From contig MGFG01000032.1 in NCBI GenBank assembly GCA_001791745.1, positions 3,775 through 67,774 of the forward strand: a stretch of 64,000 nucleotides of DNA, read 5' to 3'. Position numbers and translations under genes: made by a program. Positions 28,494 through 40,138 of the stretch are shown piece after piece. The first letter of the stretch is position 1. Every line of letters begins with the position of its first letter. The notes beneath the pieces were generated by a model that was given only the letters and a program-made list of their open reading frames with translations, did not search any database and was not told where the DNA came from. This stretch comes from Candidatus Uhrbacteria bacterium RIFOXYC2_FULL_47_19 (GTDB lineage Bacteria; Patescibacteriota; Patescibacteriia; SG8-24).

Positions 28494-31484
28494 TTAAGAT
28501 TTGAGGTTGAATTCACAAATACCAGCAAAATCGCAATTTTGGCAGTTGATTGAACTAGGGTTGGGGGTGAAGTCTCCAGAGTTGATTTTTTCGATAGTGG
28601 TCTCAATTTCTTCTTCTAGCTTTCCTAAATCATCATCATTACCAATAAAGCTCTGTCGAGAGCCGTCTTTGAGATAATGAAAAGTTAGTCTAGTTGGTTG
28701 AAGCTCAAGAACACGGGCAGTAGCGAGCTGGTACAGAAGTAATTGACGCTTGTCATCTTTTGATAACTTTTCTTTAGGCGATCCGGTCTTATAATCAATA
28801 ATTTCGTGCGTACCATCGCAGAGTAAATCTATTCGATCGATTTTGCCGCGAAAAACACAGCCACCGAGTTTTAGTCGAAAATCCTGCTCGAGTAGAAATG
28901 GGTTTGGATGCTCGATGGTTAGTTGTTCGTAAAAACGTTCCAACATCTGACGGCCTTTTACACGAAAATTTTCTCTTTCTGTGTCGTCTTTATACCAATC
29001 ATTAATCCAACAGTCGTCGTATGTCTGAAGTAGCTCTTTTAAGGTTAGTGGTAGGCTAGAAAGGTTAGAAGAATCTTTTGAATCGCTGTTAAATAGATTG
29101 GTCTGCTTAGTAGAGGTTCGGACCACTAGTTCATCCATAAATTTCTCTAGAGTTGCATGCATGGTCTTACCGAAACTCATTGATGCTTTACCAAAGACCG
29201 GTAAACGTAAGACGTGTGCAAATTTGTATTGAAGAGGACACCGGTCATAGGCCTCGAGTTGAGAGAAACTAAACGAGTTAGGTGGTTGGTAGTCAGGGGG
29301 TGCAGAATTAATTTGAGGTGTTGGTTTTATCTCTTCGAGGAGTTCCATAGAGGGAGCGATCGGTGTTCGGTCGAAGCCTAATTCGGACAGGAAACGCGAT
29401 GGTTTCTTTTTTCGTCGACCGCCGTAATCCTCAGCTGAGGTTAGGAACAAACCATCTTTGGCACGGGTCATGGCCACGTAAAATAACCGACGTTCTTCTT
29501 CTAAGTGCATGTCGCCCTCTGGAATGATCTCCTTGGTAAGCGCGTCCGGTAGCTCAATCTCTCCTCCTCGTCGGTTGGTTGGGAAGCGTTGATCCACCAG
29601 ATTAACCACGAAGACATAAGGGAATTCTAGTCCTTTAGAAGAATGTACAGTCATGATTCGAACCATGTCTGGACCTGTGTTGATATCGAAAGCCAGTGTA
29701 CCAGCATTACCTCCTTCGCGTTCTAGCTCTAATTCTTGCATGAAGTGGCGTAAATTGGGGTCATCATGTCCATCCTCATAGCGTTTAATTCGGTCTAGGA
29801 ATTGTTTTAAAAGAGCCAAACTTTCGTGTTTCTCGGCTGTATCTGCAGCCTTGAGATGGTTGACATAGCCAGAGTCGTACAACCAGCGTACGGCTGCTTC
29901 TCTGACTCCTTGTCGTCGAACGACGTCGGTGTGTCCTGCCAAGTGCCCCATGAGTCGGTCAAGCAGTGCTTGACCCTCTGGTGTAATAGTCGTTAACTCA
30001 TGACGTCGTTTAATCACTTCGTAGAGTGATTCCCCTTTCAATCGGTCAGCGGTATGGGTTAACTCGATTAAGTCTGGTCCAGGTAGTGAGTATGGCGGGC
30101 AGACCAGAATGCGATACAGGGCCGCACTTTCATGATAGTTATCGAGCAGTTTTAGATAAGCAATGCAGTCGAGTACTACCGGTTTAGTGTAAAGACCTTT
30201 GAGAGCTAAGTATTGGAATGGAATACTACGACGTTGGAGTTCAGCAGCAAAAGGATCAGCTTGGCTATGTGAACGGACTAAAATAGCAAAATCGCTCCAA
30301 GAGTGTTCATCTGAGCTGCCCTTGATTTCGGAGATAACTTGTATGGTCTCTCGGACCTCATCTTGGAGTGTGGCGTAGTGTAAGTGAGCCACACGAGCTT
30401 GACCTGGCCGGTGTGCAGTAAGTCGTTTGGAAAGTCCTTGACCATCAGGTCCAGCTAGTCTGATTTCTAGACGATTAGGGTTGTTGCCTTGGATAAAGCG
30501 ATAAGAGATATCTAAAATTTCTTGCAACGAACGATAATTGATGTTCAAAATTACCTCTCGTGAATTTGGAAAATCATCCTTGAACTGAAGAATGTTAGAG
30601 ATGGATGCTCCACGGAATTTATAGATTGATTGATCATCATCACCTACAACCGTGACATTTTTAGTATCTCCTGCCAAAGCTTTTACTAGTTCGTATTGCG
30701 CCCAATTAGTGTCTTGAAATTCATCAATAATTATGTAGCGGAAACGTTCCTGTAATTCTTTAAGTACGGTTGGTCGTCTCCTCAATAATTCGAGGACGTA
30801 CATGTTGAGATCACCAAAGTCCAGATCTCCATGTTCTAACAGTAATCGTTGATAGGTGTGATAGGCATCGGCTTGTTCTTGTAGTCGTGAAGCTTCATCA
30901 GCGTCTGCACTGCCGGAACGGTCCTGATCCAGAGCCACGCCTTTCGCATATTCTAGATATTCATCTGGCGTCACTGCTTCATCTTTGGCACGGGAAAAGT
31001 GTTTTAGTAAAGCTTGGACAAATTTAGTCGGATTGCCAGCCGGTCGATAATAGTCCAAATCAAACTGACTAAAATTGCTTCTAACTAACAAGTATTGGTC
31101 AATTTCATTTAGCAGATGAAAATCATTCGGTAGGCCAATTTGTAAGCCGTATTCTTGAAGGATACGTTGGCAGAATGAATGGAAGGTCGAGATCCAGAGG
31201 TCTACATAACCCATCGGCATCAATCGATCTACTCGTTCCTCCATTTCTTCGGCCGATTTGTCAGTAAAAGTTAGGGCTAAAATTTGATCCGGCTTAGCTC
31301 GTCCAGTAGCTACCAACCAGGCGATCCGCTTGGTTACTACCATTGTTTTTCCAGTACCGGCCCCAGCCACAATAATTTGTGGTCCATCACCATGAGTTAC
31401 AGCTGACAACTGACGATCATTAAGGCTATCGAGTAGCCCATCGACATTAATGTCTTTCTCATTTTTGGCGTTAAGTATAGACAT
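28494..31484 (-). CDS. UvrD/PcrA-like SF1 helicase fused to a C-terminal RecB-family PD-(D/E)XK nuclease with a Cas4/AddB-type Fe-S cysteine cluster.
   Basis: The N-terminus carries Walker A (AGAGTGKT) and helicase motifs. The last roughly 250 aa carry CPLQYKF...DRIDL...IIDYKTG...CQNCDFAGIC. Confidence 0.8.
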   Translation of the reverse strand: MSILNAKNEKDINVDGLLDSLNDRQLSAVTHGDGPQIIVAGAGTGKTMVVTKRIAWLVATGRAKPDQILALTFTDKSAEEMEERVDRLMPMGYVDLWISTFHSFCQRILQEYGLQIGLPNDFHLLNEIDQYLLVRSNFSQFDLDYYRPAGNPTKFVQALLKHFSRAKDEAVTPDEYLEYAKGVALDQDRSGSADADEASRLQEQADAYHTYQRLLLEHGDLDFGDLNMYVLELLRRRPTVLKELQERFRYIIIDEFQDTNWAQYELVKALAGDTKNVTVVGDDDQSIYKFRGASISNILQFKDDFPNSREVILNINYRSLQEILDISYRFIQGNNPNRLEIRLAGPDGQGLSKRLTAHRPGQARVAHLHYATLQDEVRETIQVISEIKGSSDEHSWSDFAILVRSHSQADPFAAELQRRSIPFQYLALKGLYTKPVVLDCIAYLKLLDNYHESAALYRILVCPPYSLPGPDLIELTHTADRLKGESLYEVIKRRHELTTITPEGQALLDRLMGHLAGHTDVVRRQGVREAAVRWLYDSGYVNHLKAADTAEKHESLALLKQFLDRIKRYEDGHDDPNLRHFMQELELEREGGNAGTLAFDINTGPDMVRIMTVHSSKGLEFPYVFVVNLVDQRFPTNRRGGEIELPDALTKEIIPEGDMHLEEERRLFYVAMTRAKDGLFLTSAEDYGGRRKKKPSRFLSELGFDRTPIAPSMELLEEIKPTPQINSAPPDYQPPNSFSFSQLEAYDRCPLQYKFAHVLRLPVFGKASMSFGKTMHATLEKFMDELVVRTSTKQTNLFNSDSKDSSNLSSLPLTLKELLQTYDDCWINDWYKDDTERENFRVKGRQMLERFYEQLTIEHPNPFLLEQDFRLKLGGCVFRGKIDRIDLLCDGTHEIIDYKTGSPKEKLSKDDKRQLLLYQLATARVLELQPTRLTFHYLKDGSRQSFIGNDDDLGKLEEEIETTIEKINSGDFTPNPSSINCQNCDFAGICEFNLKS

Positions 31485-31624
31485 TTTTCTAAGTATAATA
31501 TGGTTTTTGGGTAAAAAGATGCATTCTGATGAATTTTGTACAAAAATTCAAAATTCGATTGCCTTCTGTCCGCTGTGGCGGATTTTATTTTATCCGTTTA
31601 GCTGTAAACAATGAATAGCCGGGT

Positions 31625-31655
31625 AAGAAAAGATCCCGAAAAGCTTCGGGATTCG
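31625..31655 (-). terminator. Candidate terminator of the small nuclease-fold gene.
   Basis: ATCCCGAA-aagc-TTCGGGAT, an 8-bp perfect stem. Confidence 0.45.
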
Positions 31656-31674
31656 GTAACAGTTTGAGGTCGAT

Positions 31675-32133
31675 TTATTGAATCGAATACAAGGGTAGAT
31701 AGGCCATTTTCCTGGCCGCCATTTCGTCAACCAGTCTAATGCGAATACCACGGTACCGCAGCAAATCGGTAATTTTTTTCAATCCGATCTTTGGATATTG
31801 TCCGTCGGAACAACGTTGTTTAAGCTCCAGTCCATGTATGGGCTCTAGACTACCATCACCGATCCAGAAGTAGGCTTTCCCCACGAAGATAAAATCCGGC
31901 ACATAGACGAACTCACGATCACCCCCTAGTGGCTGCCAGCTGGTCCGTACATCTGGCACGAACGGAATTCTTTGTTTCGTCAATAGTTGAGCTACACGTA
32001 GTTCACCGAGTGAGGCATAGCTAACTTCATTGAAACTCAAGTCGGGCCTTTTTCCTACTGGAGTACTTACTAACTTTATACCTGACCAGTCGACTTCGTC
32101 ACCAGGTTGATCTATTTCAATAGCCTGGGCCAA
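31675..32133 (-). CDS. Small PD-(D/E)XK / Vsr-DUF559-like endonuclease-fold protein.
   Basis: YVPDFIFVGKAYFWIGDG...LELK resembles the DUF559 core (vDF...aiEvDGg), with the expected Glu replaced by Ile. Confidence 0.35.
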   Translation of the reverse strand: MAQAIEIDQPGDEVDWSGIKLVSTPVGKRPDLSFNEVSYASLGELRVAQLLTKQRIPFVPDVRTSWQPLGGDREFVYVPDFIFVGKAYFWIGDGSLEPIHGLELKQRCSDGQYPKIGLKKITDLLRYRGIRIRLVDEMAARKMAYLPLYSIQ

Positions 32134-32270
32134 AACCGCCTCCTCTCTAGTTTAAGGAACCAACAACAGCTTACCGATAGTTGTTTTAGGTTGCAACTAC
32201 TCTGTTTAGATGACGATTTTAAATACAAAAGCCGCCTACTTTGGACGGCTTTTGATCGATTAATGTCTAG

Positions 32271-32714
32271 CTACTGAGAAATGGGACGCTTTTTGAGATC
32301 ACGATACCTTTTGACTGTACGTTCACGCGCTAATTCGCGTTCTAGAGCAGCAAAAGCGGCTGCACTCGATACTTCGTCCAAACCACGTTTTTCCTCGAGT
32401 GCTAGACGAGCACGCTCTCTAGCTTCTTCAACTTTTTCTAAATCGAGTTCCTCGGCGCGATCAGCAGTATCAGCTAAAATAATCACTCGACCATCTGGCC
32501 GTATTTCAACAAAGCCGCCAGATACAGCCAAAAAAGTCTCTTCGGTGCCATGACGCAAGGTGATCATGCCGGATTTGAGTGTTGCCACTAGTGGGATATG
32601 TCCTGGCAGGACAGTAATTTCCCCTTCTTGGGTTGGTAAGGTGACCGATTCGGCTGGCCGGTCCTCAACTACCCGCTCCGGAGTGGTGAGTTCAAATTTT
32701 AACTGTTTGGCCAT
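32271..32714 (-). CDS. atpC: F1 ATP synthase epsilon subunit.
   Basis: An N-terminal beta-sandwich (VTLPTQEGEITVLPGHIPLV) and a C-terminal helical hairpin. Confidence 0.8.
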   Translation of the reverse strand: MAKQLKFELTTPERVVEDRPAESVTLPTQEGEITVLPGHIPLVATLKSGMITLRHGTEETFLAVSGGFVEIRPDGRVIILADTADRAEELDLEKVEEARERARLALEEKRGLDEVSSAAAFAALERELARERTVKRYRDLKKRPISQ

Positions 32715-32744
32715 AGGTTCATTCAGTAAACCGCACCAGCAGTC

Positions 32745-34148
<1,404 letters not shown>

Positions 34149-34158
34149 TTAGTCACCA

Positions 34159-35088
34159 CTAGCGGCTTTTTTCGAGTGCGGCCTTGCCAGAGGAAATCTC
34201 CGCGATCTCCGCGGTGATACCCGCCTGTCGGGCCTGGTTATAGCTTAAAGTCAAACTATCGATCATCTCTTCAGCTGAGTCTGATGCGGTTCGCATGGCC
34301 AACATTCGGGCCGAGTGTTCCGATGCTGACGACTCGAGTAGTGCCTGATAGATTTGTGATTCAACTAATCGTGGCAGCATAACATCAAGAACTTCGCTGG
34401 GTGAAGGCTCGAATAGATATTCATGACTTGGGTCGGTGATGTTGAGTTCATTCTTTTCGTTTTGACTTTGAGCTAGAGCCTCACCGACCTCTCCTAGGCC
34501 TTCAATTCTAGCGACGGGTAATAACTGGCTAACTCTCGGCTTTTGCACTAAGGCCGAAACGTAGTCAGTAAAAGCCAGATAAATAGCTCGGCATTTACCA
34601 GCAGTGAAGTCACCAACAGCCAGATCAGCAATTGGTCTCATCTCAGCCACTGTTGGATGACTCGCCAATTCATTGAAGGTAGCAATCAAACTAAGACCTT
34701 GTCTTTGGATAGCGACCTGCCCCTTGCGTCCGATGGTAACAAAATCTACAGGTAGGTCTTTTGGCAACTTTCCTGTAAATTGGCTTACCTGACGTAGTAA
34801 TTGAGAATTAAATCCGCCACACAGTCCACGTTCAGAAGTAAACAGTATAACCATTACTCGTTCGGCGTCTGGTTTAGTCGAAAGTAATGGGTGAAGTCCA
34901 GCGTCTGTAACCTTAGCCATCTCTTTAATGGCCGTCCAAGCGGCCTCGGCGTAAGGTTGTGAGGCTAGTACTGAACTGACAGCCTTCCGCATTTTGGAAG
35001 CAGCCACTAACTCCATCGCTTTAGTGATTTTGCGAGTGCTAGTGACCGACTTGATGCGTCGACGAATTAATCTAGTCGAGATCGCCAT
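34159..35088 (-). CDS. atpG: F1 ATP synthase gamma subunit.
   Basis: Typical gamma N- and C-terminal helices, and its position in the operon. Confidence 0.85.
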   Translation of the reverse strand: MAISTRLIRRRIKSVTSTRKITKAMELVAASKMRKAVSSVLASQPYAEAAWTAIKEMAKVTDAGLHPLLSTKPDAERVMVILFTSERGLCGGFNSQLLRQVSQFTGKLPKDLPVDFVTIGRKGQVAIQRQGLSLIATFNELASHPTVAEMRPIADLAVGDFTAGKCRAIYLAFTDYVSALVQKPRVSQLLPVARIEGLGEVGEALAQSQNEKNELNITDPSHEYLFEPSPSEVLDVMLPRLVESQIYQALLESSASEHSARMLAMRTASDSAEEMIDSLTLSYNQARQAGITAEIAEISSGKAALEKSR

Positions 35089-35092
35089 ATAG

Positions 35093-36604
35093 CTAAGCTT
35101 CAGCCGTTACTGTTTTTTTGAATTCAGCGATAGCCTCTATTAGTTTGGCCTCAGTCTCTTCGTTAAGATCGCCAGTTTCTTCGATAATGGTCAGTACATC
35201 ACGTCGACTTCCGTCTAGGTAACGGTGGAAATCATTTTCCCACTCTCTAACCTTGTTAGTTTTGACGTCATCCAAGTAACCACGAGTGACAGCAAAAAGT
35301 ATTGCTACTTGTTGGGCTACTGTCATGGTCTCGTATTGGTCTTGTTTCAAGACCTCAACCGCACGTTTGCCACGTGAGATCTGTTTACGAGTGGATTCAT
35401 CAAGATCACTCGCGAATTGAGCGAAGGCCTCAAGTTCGCGGAACTGAGCCATATCTAAACGTAAGCGTCCAGCCACTTTTTTCATGGCTTTGACTTGGGC
35501 TGCTGAACCGACACGTGAGACAGAGATGCCAATGTTTAGTGCTGGTCTGATACCACGATAAAATAGATCTGGCTCTAGATAGATTTGACCATCAGTGATG
35601 GAGATGACGTTCGTTGGGATGTAGGCTGAGACGTCACCGGCCTGGGTTTCAATAACTGGAAGGGCAGTTAGTGAGCCGCCACCGTTGTCTTCGTTTAGTC
35701 GAGCTGAGCGTTCTAGTAAGCGAGAGTGCAAGTAGAAGACGTCACCAGGATAAGCCTCACGTCCCGGTGGGCGTCGTAGTAAAAGCGAAACTTCACGATA
35801 GGCCCAGGCATGCTTGGATAAGTCATCATGCACCACCAGTGCGTCTCGACCCTGATCCATAAAGTATTCGCCAATGGCTGTACCAGAATACGGTGCCAGG
35901 AACGATAGTGGAGCTGGATCTGAGGCACCAGCTACAACCACAATGGTGTTAGCCATAGCTCCAGATTCCTCGAGTTTGGCCACCATCTTAGCGACTTTCG
36001 ACTCTTTTTGACCAATGGCTACATAGATGCAAATGACACCGGTATCCTTTTGATTGATGATGGTGTCGATGGCTACAGCGGTCTTGCCGGTTTGACGGTC
36101 ACCAATAATCAATTCACGTTGTCCACGACCGATTGGAATCATGGAATCAATAGCCTTCAATCCAGTTTGAAGCGGTACGCTCACTGATTTTCGGGTAATG
36201 ACGCCTGGTGCGATTTTTTCAATTGGCATTTGTCGATCTTCGGCAATTGGACCACGACCATCAAGCGGTCTTCCTAGCGGATCAATTACCCGACCAATGG
36301 TCCCTTCGGAGACTGGAATCGATAACACTCGACCAGTAGTTTTAACTTCGTCCCCTTCTTTGATGTGGGTACAATCACCCAGAATCATGGCACCAACCGT
36401 TTCTTTTTCGATGTTTAAGGCTACACCAAAAGTACCGTCTGAAAATTCAAGCATTTCCATGGACAAACATTCAGATAGTCCAGTCATGCGAGCGATACCG
36501 TCTGCTACTTCGACTACAGTGCCGACCTTCTGGACCTTGGCTTCAATGTCCAATAGTCCGATCTCCTTTTTGAGGGATTCGATGATGAAATCTTTTGATG
36601 CCAT
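35093..36604 (-). CDS. atpA: F1 ATP synthase alpha subunit.
   Basis: P-loop GDRQTGKT. Confidence 0.95.
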   Translation of the reverse strand: MASKDFIIESLKKEIGLLDIEAKVQKVGTVVEVADGIARMTGLSECLSMEMLEFSDGTFGVALNIEKETVGAMILGDCTHIKEGDEVKTTGRVLSIPVSEGTIGRVIDPLGRPLDGRGPIAEDRQMPIEKIAPGVITRKSVSVPLQTGLKAIDSMIPIGRGQRELIIGDRQTGKTAVAIDTIINQKDTGVICIYVAIGQKESKVAKMVAKLEESGAMANTIVVVAGASDPAPLSFLAPYSGTAIGEYFMDQGRDALVVHDDLSKHAWAYREVSLLLRRPPGREAYPGDVFYLHSRLLERSARLNEDNGGGSLTALPVIETQAGDVSAYIPTNVISITDGQIYLEPDLFYRGIRPALNIGISVSRVGSAAQVKAMKKVAGRLRLDMAQFRELEAFAQFASDLDESTRKQISRGKRAVEVLKQDQYETMTVAQQVAILFAVTRGYLDDVKTNKVREWENDFHRYLDGSRRDVLTIIEETGDLNEETEAKLIEAIAEFKKTVTAEA

Positions 36605-36630
36605 ATGCAGTGTCTTATGGACAGTCGTTT

Positions 36631-37032
36631 TTAGGACGACCGAACGAACTTTTCCTTCAATGTAACTAAGTGGTTTTTGAGCGTAGCGTCATAAACTGTA
36701 TCGCGACCACGAACTCGAATGCCGCCGAGTAAGTCTGGATTGACGTGCATGGTGACCTCGGATTGATTTCGATCTCCTCCGATTAATCCAACCGCTCGAT
36801 CGGCTAACTCGGAGTTTAGTTCATGAGCAGATTCAACGGTTACTTCTTCGATACCGTCTAATTTTCTAGCTGCCGCCGGCAACCCCCGCAGGATTAGTGG
36901 TAATAGCGCGATTAAACCACGATCTTTCAATTTACCCACGAAGCGTTTGATGGATACTGTAGCTTCTTTATCCTTCAATCCACGTACTCCGGAATAGAGA
37001 GCTTCAGCATATTCTTTTGATGTGTACATCAT
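36631..37032 (-). CDS. atpH: ATP synthase delta (OSCP) subunit, shortened to 133 aa.
   Basis: Operon position between atpF and atpA, and helical composition. Confidence 0.55.
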   Translation of the reverse strand: MMYTSKEYAEALYSGVRGLKDKEATVSIKRFVGKLKDRGLIALLPLILRGLPAAARKLDGIEEVTVESAHELNSELADRAVGLIGGDRNQSEVTMHVNPDLLGGIRVRGRDTVYDATLKNHLVTLKEKFVRSS

Positions 37033-37047
37033 AAAACAGTGGATCGA

Positions 37048-37590
37048 CTAAACAGATTGTTCTTCAGCCGATTTGATTGCCGACTCAACTAGTTCCAGGT
37101 CCTTTTTTGGGTCAATCTTTTCACGTAAGATCTTCTCTGTGGCGGCAATAACTAGACTAGCAATTTCTGATTTAGCTTCCTTGAGCATGGTTTCCTGTTC
37201 ATCTCGCAGACGACGCTTTCCATCTGTCACTATCCTCTCTACTTCGGTGCGAGTTTTAACTGCAGTCTCTTCTTGTCGACGCTTAGCATCAGCTTCGGTC
37301 GTCTCCATAATCTCTTTGGCCTGCCGACGTGCCTCAACGATCAATTTTTGTTTCTCGGTTTCCGCTAATTCACGCAAAGCCTTAGATTCTTCTGCGTCTT
37401 TAAGACCGCGTTCAATTTTACCCGAGCGTTCGTCCATGACCTTCATAAGTGGTCGATAGACAAATCGCCAAACAACAATCAAAACTAACCCGAAGTTAAC
37501 GAGCTGGGCAAGAAAAAGTTTCCAGTTTAGACCGAGGGTGGCTGCTACACCGACTCCTTCGACGACCTGTTGTGCTTCAGCTGGATCCAT
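37048..37590 (-). CDS. atpF: Fo ATP synthase b subunit.
   Basis: An N-terminal TM followed by a long charged helix. Confidence 0.75.
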   Translation of the reverse strand: MDPAEAQQVVEGVGVAATLGLNWKLFLAQLVNFGLVLIVVWRFVYRPLMKVMDERSGKIERGLKDAEESKALRELAETEKQKLIVEARRQAKEIMETTEADAKRRQEETAVKTRTEVERIVTDGKRRLRDEQETMLKEAKSEIASLVIAATEKILREKIDPKKDLELVESAIKSAEEQSV

Positions 37591-37710
37591 AGGCGTAAAA
37601 TTTACCGAGTGGAATTGTGATTACCTCTGCTAACGTCTGCCTTTGACTATAGTCGAAGGCAGACGTCAGCCCTGGTGTTACGGACACCAGGAGCTAGTTC
37701 GTGATTGCGA

Positions 37711-37998
<288 letters not shown>

Positions 37999-38116
37999 TC
38001 ACTTTTTGGATCGACAGGGGTTGGGGTTTAACGTCGTCCTGAGCGAAAGGCGGTTAAGATTAGGGCCGATAGTCTGATAGTCCATTCAGCAGACAATCGC
38101 CTCTGATCTCGACGAC

Positions 38117-38983
38117 CTAAGCAGTAGCCGAAGCTTTGACTGACAGTTCTTGAGATTTATGTTTCTGTTCGTGACCCTCCTCTTCGCCGTGCGGTTTAGA
38201 GGTGGCTATTGTTAGATAAACTAGGGTCAACAAAGAGAAGACTAATGCTTGAACAATACCTACGATTACTTCCATAAACATGAACGGAATGGGTACAACA
38301 AAAGCGATTAATGAAGAGATAACATGAATAAGCACCTCGCCAGCGAAGATATTACCAAAGAGACGTAGTGAGAGAGAGACCATTTTGGCTACTTCAGATA
38401 CTAGTTCAATCAATCCAACACCCAACTCAATAAAAGCAACAAAAATACCGAGTAGATAATCAACTGGAGATTTGTGACGGAATCCGATCAAAGCCTTCCA
38501 GAAGGTTCCGAGTTGAATGAATTTGTTCCAATGACGGAAAAAGCCAAGGCTGACGATACCGAAAGCATGTGACATGACCACAGCAGCAATGCCCATGGCC
38601 AGGGTCATGTTCAGATCGCTAGTTGCTGGACGAAAGATCGGGATTAAGTGGCCATGCTCACCATTCAGACCGAAGGTGCCAACACCAGGCAGTAACCCCA
38701 TCCAATTTGAGAGTACAATAAAAAGAAAAAGAGTACCGACTAATGGGAAAAATCGTCGCGATTTAGCACGGTCCCCGGTTACTTGGTCCATAAACCCAAG
38801 CATGAATTCAAGGAGTGCTTCGACGGCATTTTGAATTCCTCGCGGCGCACCGTTTTTTGGGCGTCTTAGTAACCAGGCTAAAACAACAAAAGCGGCGATA
38901 GCAACCCAGGCGTTGACCATTGAATTGGTCACCGGCAGGTCTCCGATCAAGAATAGCTTCTCGGCTGGGACTGGTACGGCCAT
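38117..38983 (-). CDS. atpB: Fo ATP synthase a subunit.
   Basis: A conserved Arg-containing helix (LSLRLFGNIFAGEV). Confidence 0.85.
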   Translation of the reverse strand: MAVPVPAEKLFLIGDLPVTNSMVNAWVAIAAFVVLAWLLRRPKNGAPRGIQNAVEALLEFMLGFMDQVTGDRAKSRRFFPLVGTLFLFIVLSNWMGLLPGVGTFGLNGEHGHLIPIFRPATSDLNMTLAMGIAAVVMSHAFGIVSLGFFRHWNKFIQLGTFWKALIGFRHKSPVDYLLGIFVAFIELGVGLIELVSEVAKMVSLSLRLFGNIFAGEVLIHVISSLIAFVVPIPFMFMEVIVGIVQALVFSLLTLVYLTIATSKPHGEEEGHEQKHKSQELSVKASATA

Positions 38984-39021
38984 ATTCTTTTAATGTGTAG
39001 TCAGATGAAAATCGGTATAGC

Positions 39022-39423
39022 TTAGTGATCAGATTCTTCGTCCCTTGTTCTTGTTTGAGGGGTCGAAGCAGAATTTTTCAAGACGTTCTTTTGAACGTGC
39101 TCGATCGTCTGATACTCATGGCCAAACTGTTTTGCTCGACGGTAAATACTAACACTAGACAGAACTGCTGCCAAAACAAAACCAGCAATCAAGAAGATTG
39201 GTGAGGTTTCATAGCGTGCATCCACATATCTACCAAGTAAAGTTAGAAGTACTATGGGTACTGCGATAATGGCACCAAATTCACCTACAATTCGTAGGCC
39301 TAATTGGATGTACTTTCGGTCTTGATCTGAAGTGGACATTAAGGCAGCTTCTGAAAAAGAGAAACGCCAACCGTAGTATCGGAATGGCGCGACAATTTTA
39401 GGCCATGAGCGATCAACAGTCAA
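39022..39423 (-). CDS. AtpI/AtpZ-like small membrane protein leading the atp operon.
   Basis: Two TM helices, basic flanks, and its position immediately upstream of atpB. Confidence 0.4.
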   Translation of the reverse strand: MTVDRSWPKIVAPFRYYGWRFSFSEAALMSTSDQDRKYIQLGLRIVGEFGAIIAVPIVLLTLLGRYVDARYETSPIFLIAGFVLAAVLSSVSIYRRAKQFGHEYQTIEHVQKNVLKNSASTPQTRTRDEESDH

Positions 39424-39493
39424 GCTGGTTTTCCACTTAGTTAAGCGTGAAAGTTGGTCAGATCGTCTTGACAGAGCTAGAAAAATGGCTTAG

Positions 39494-40090
39494 TCAGGCC
39501 AGTTCCTTAACTACAGCTCCGAGTATTACTTGCTCTCTTTTGCGTTGCATCTTCCGTCCGAACCAGGCACACCAAGTGGTAGTTTGATAGTAGTGTTTGT
39601 CCTGAGTTACTAGCTCTAATATGGAGACCGGCATGATATTTGGGTCGCCGAAATAGGGATCGTCCAATTCTGTATGTTCTTCAATTTGAATTGGATCGGT
39701 TTGCCAGCGTCCTCGACAACGATAACGCCACTTTGGACGTAATGTGCCATCAACTTGTGGGTCGAAGAAGATTTTTAATCCATCCTGGTCAATCTCTTTC
39801 CTAAGACTCGACAACACAGCTGCTAGTAATTGACGTACTTGTAAATTTGAGATTAAACGGTCACGTGACTCAGTTGATAACTCGTCGAGTTTAGCCCTAG
39901 ATTCTTTAGCTATATATTGCCCAGACAAAGGTTCGTGCTCTTCGTATCGATCTACTAGTTCTAGGTTTGATTCCGTAACTTCTAGGTCATAGCGTAAAAA
40001 ACGACGACGTAATGGCCGGTTAGTCAAATGATCGCTACCCCTCAAATAGCTTTTACGGAAAGAAGTCATTGTTCCCAACCAACCTTGCAT
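39494..40090 (-). CDS. Hypothetical protein (198 aa, charged and soluble).
   Basis: ORF only. No family recognised. Confidence 0.4.
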   Translation of the reverse strand: MQGWLGTMTSFRKSYLRGSDHLTNRPLRRRFLRYDLEVTESNLELVDRYEEHEPLSGQYIAKESRAKLDELSTESRDRLISNLQVRQLLAAVLSSLRKEIDQDGLKIFFDPQVDGTLRPKWRYRCRGRWQTDPIQIEEHTELDDPYFGDPNIMPVSILELVTQDKHYYQTTTWCAWFGRKMQRKREQVILGAVVKELA

Positions 40091-40138
40091 ACAGCGTCAA
40101 TATGTGGTTTTAGAGCAATTAAATAACCAGCCAAGTGA

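Noticed and set aside
28490-28606. N-terminal 39-aa extension of ORF 28196..28606, overlapping the upstream helicase-nuclease gene.
   Set aside because: An internal Met (MPFEKL) lies 4 nt after the upstream stop and gives a non-overlapping DUF721-sized protein. The long form is unlikely.
36198-37459. Plus-strand ORFs 36198..36665 and 37073..37459 within the atp operon.
   Set aside because: Antisense shadow ORFs of atpA/atpH/atpF.
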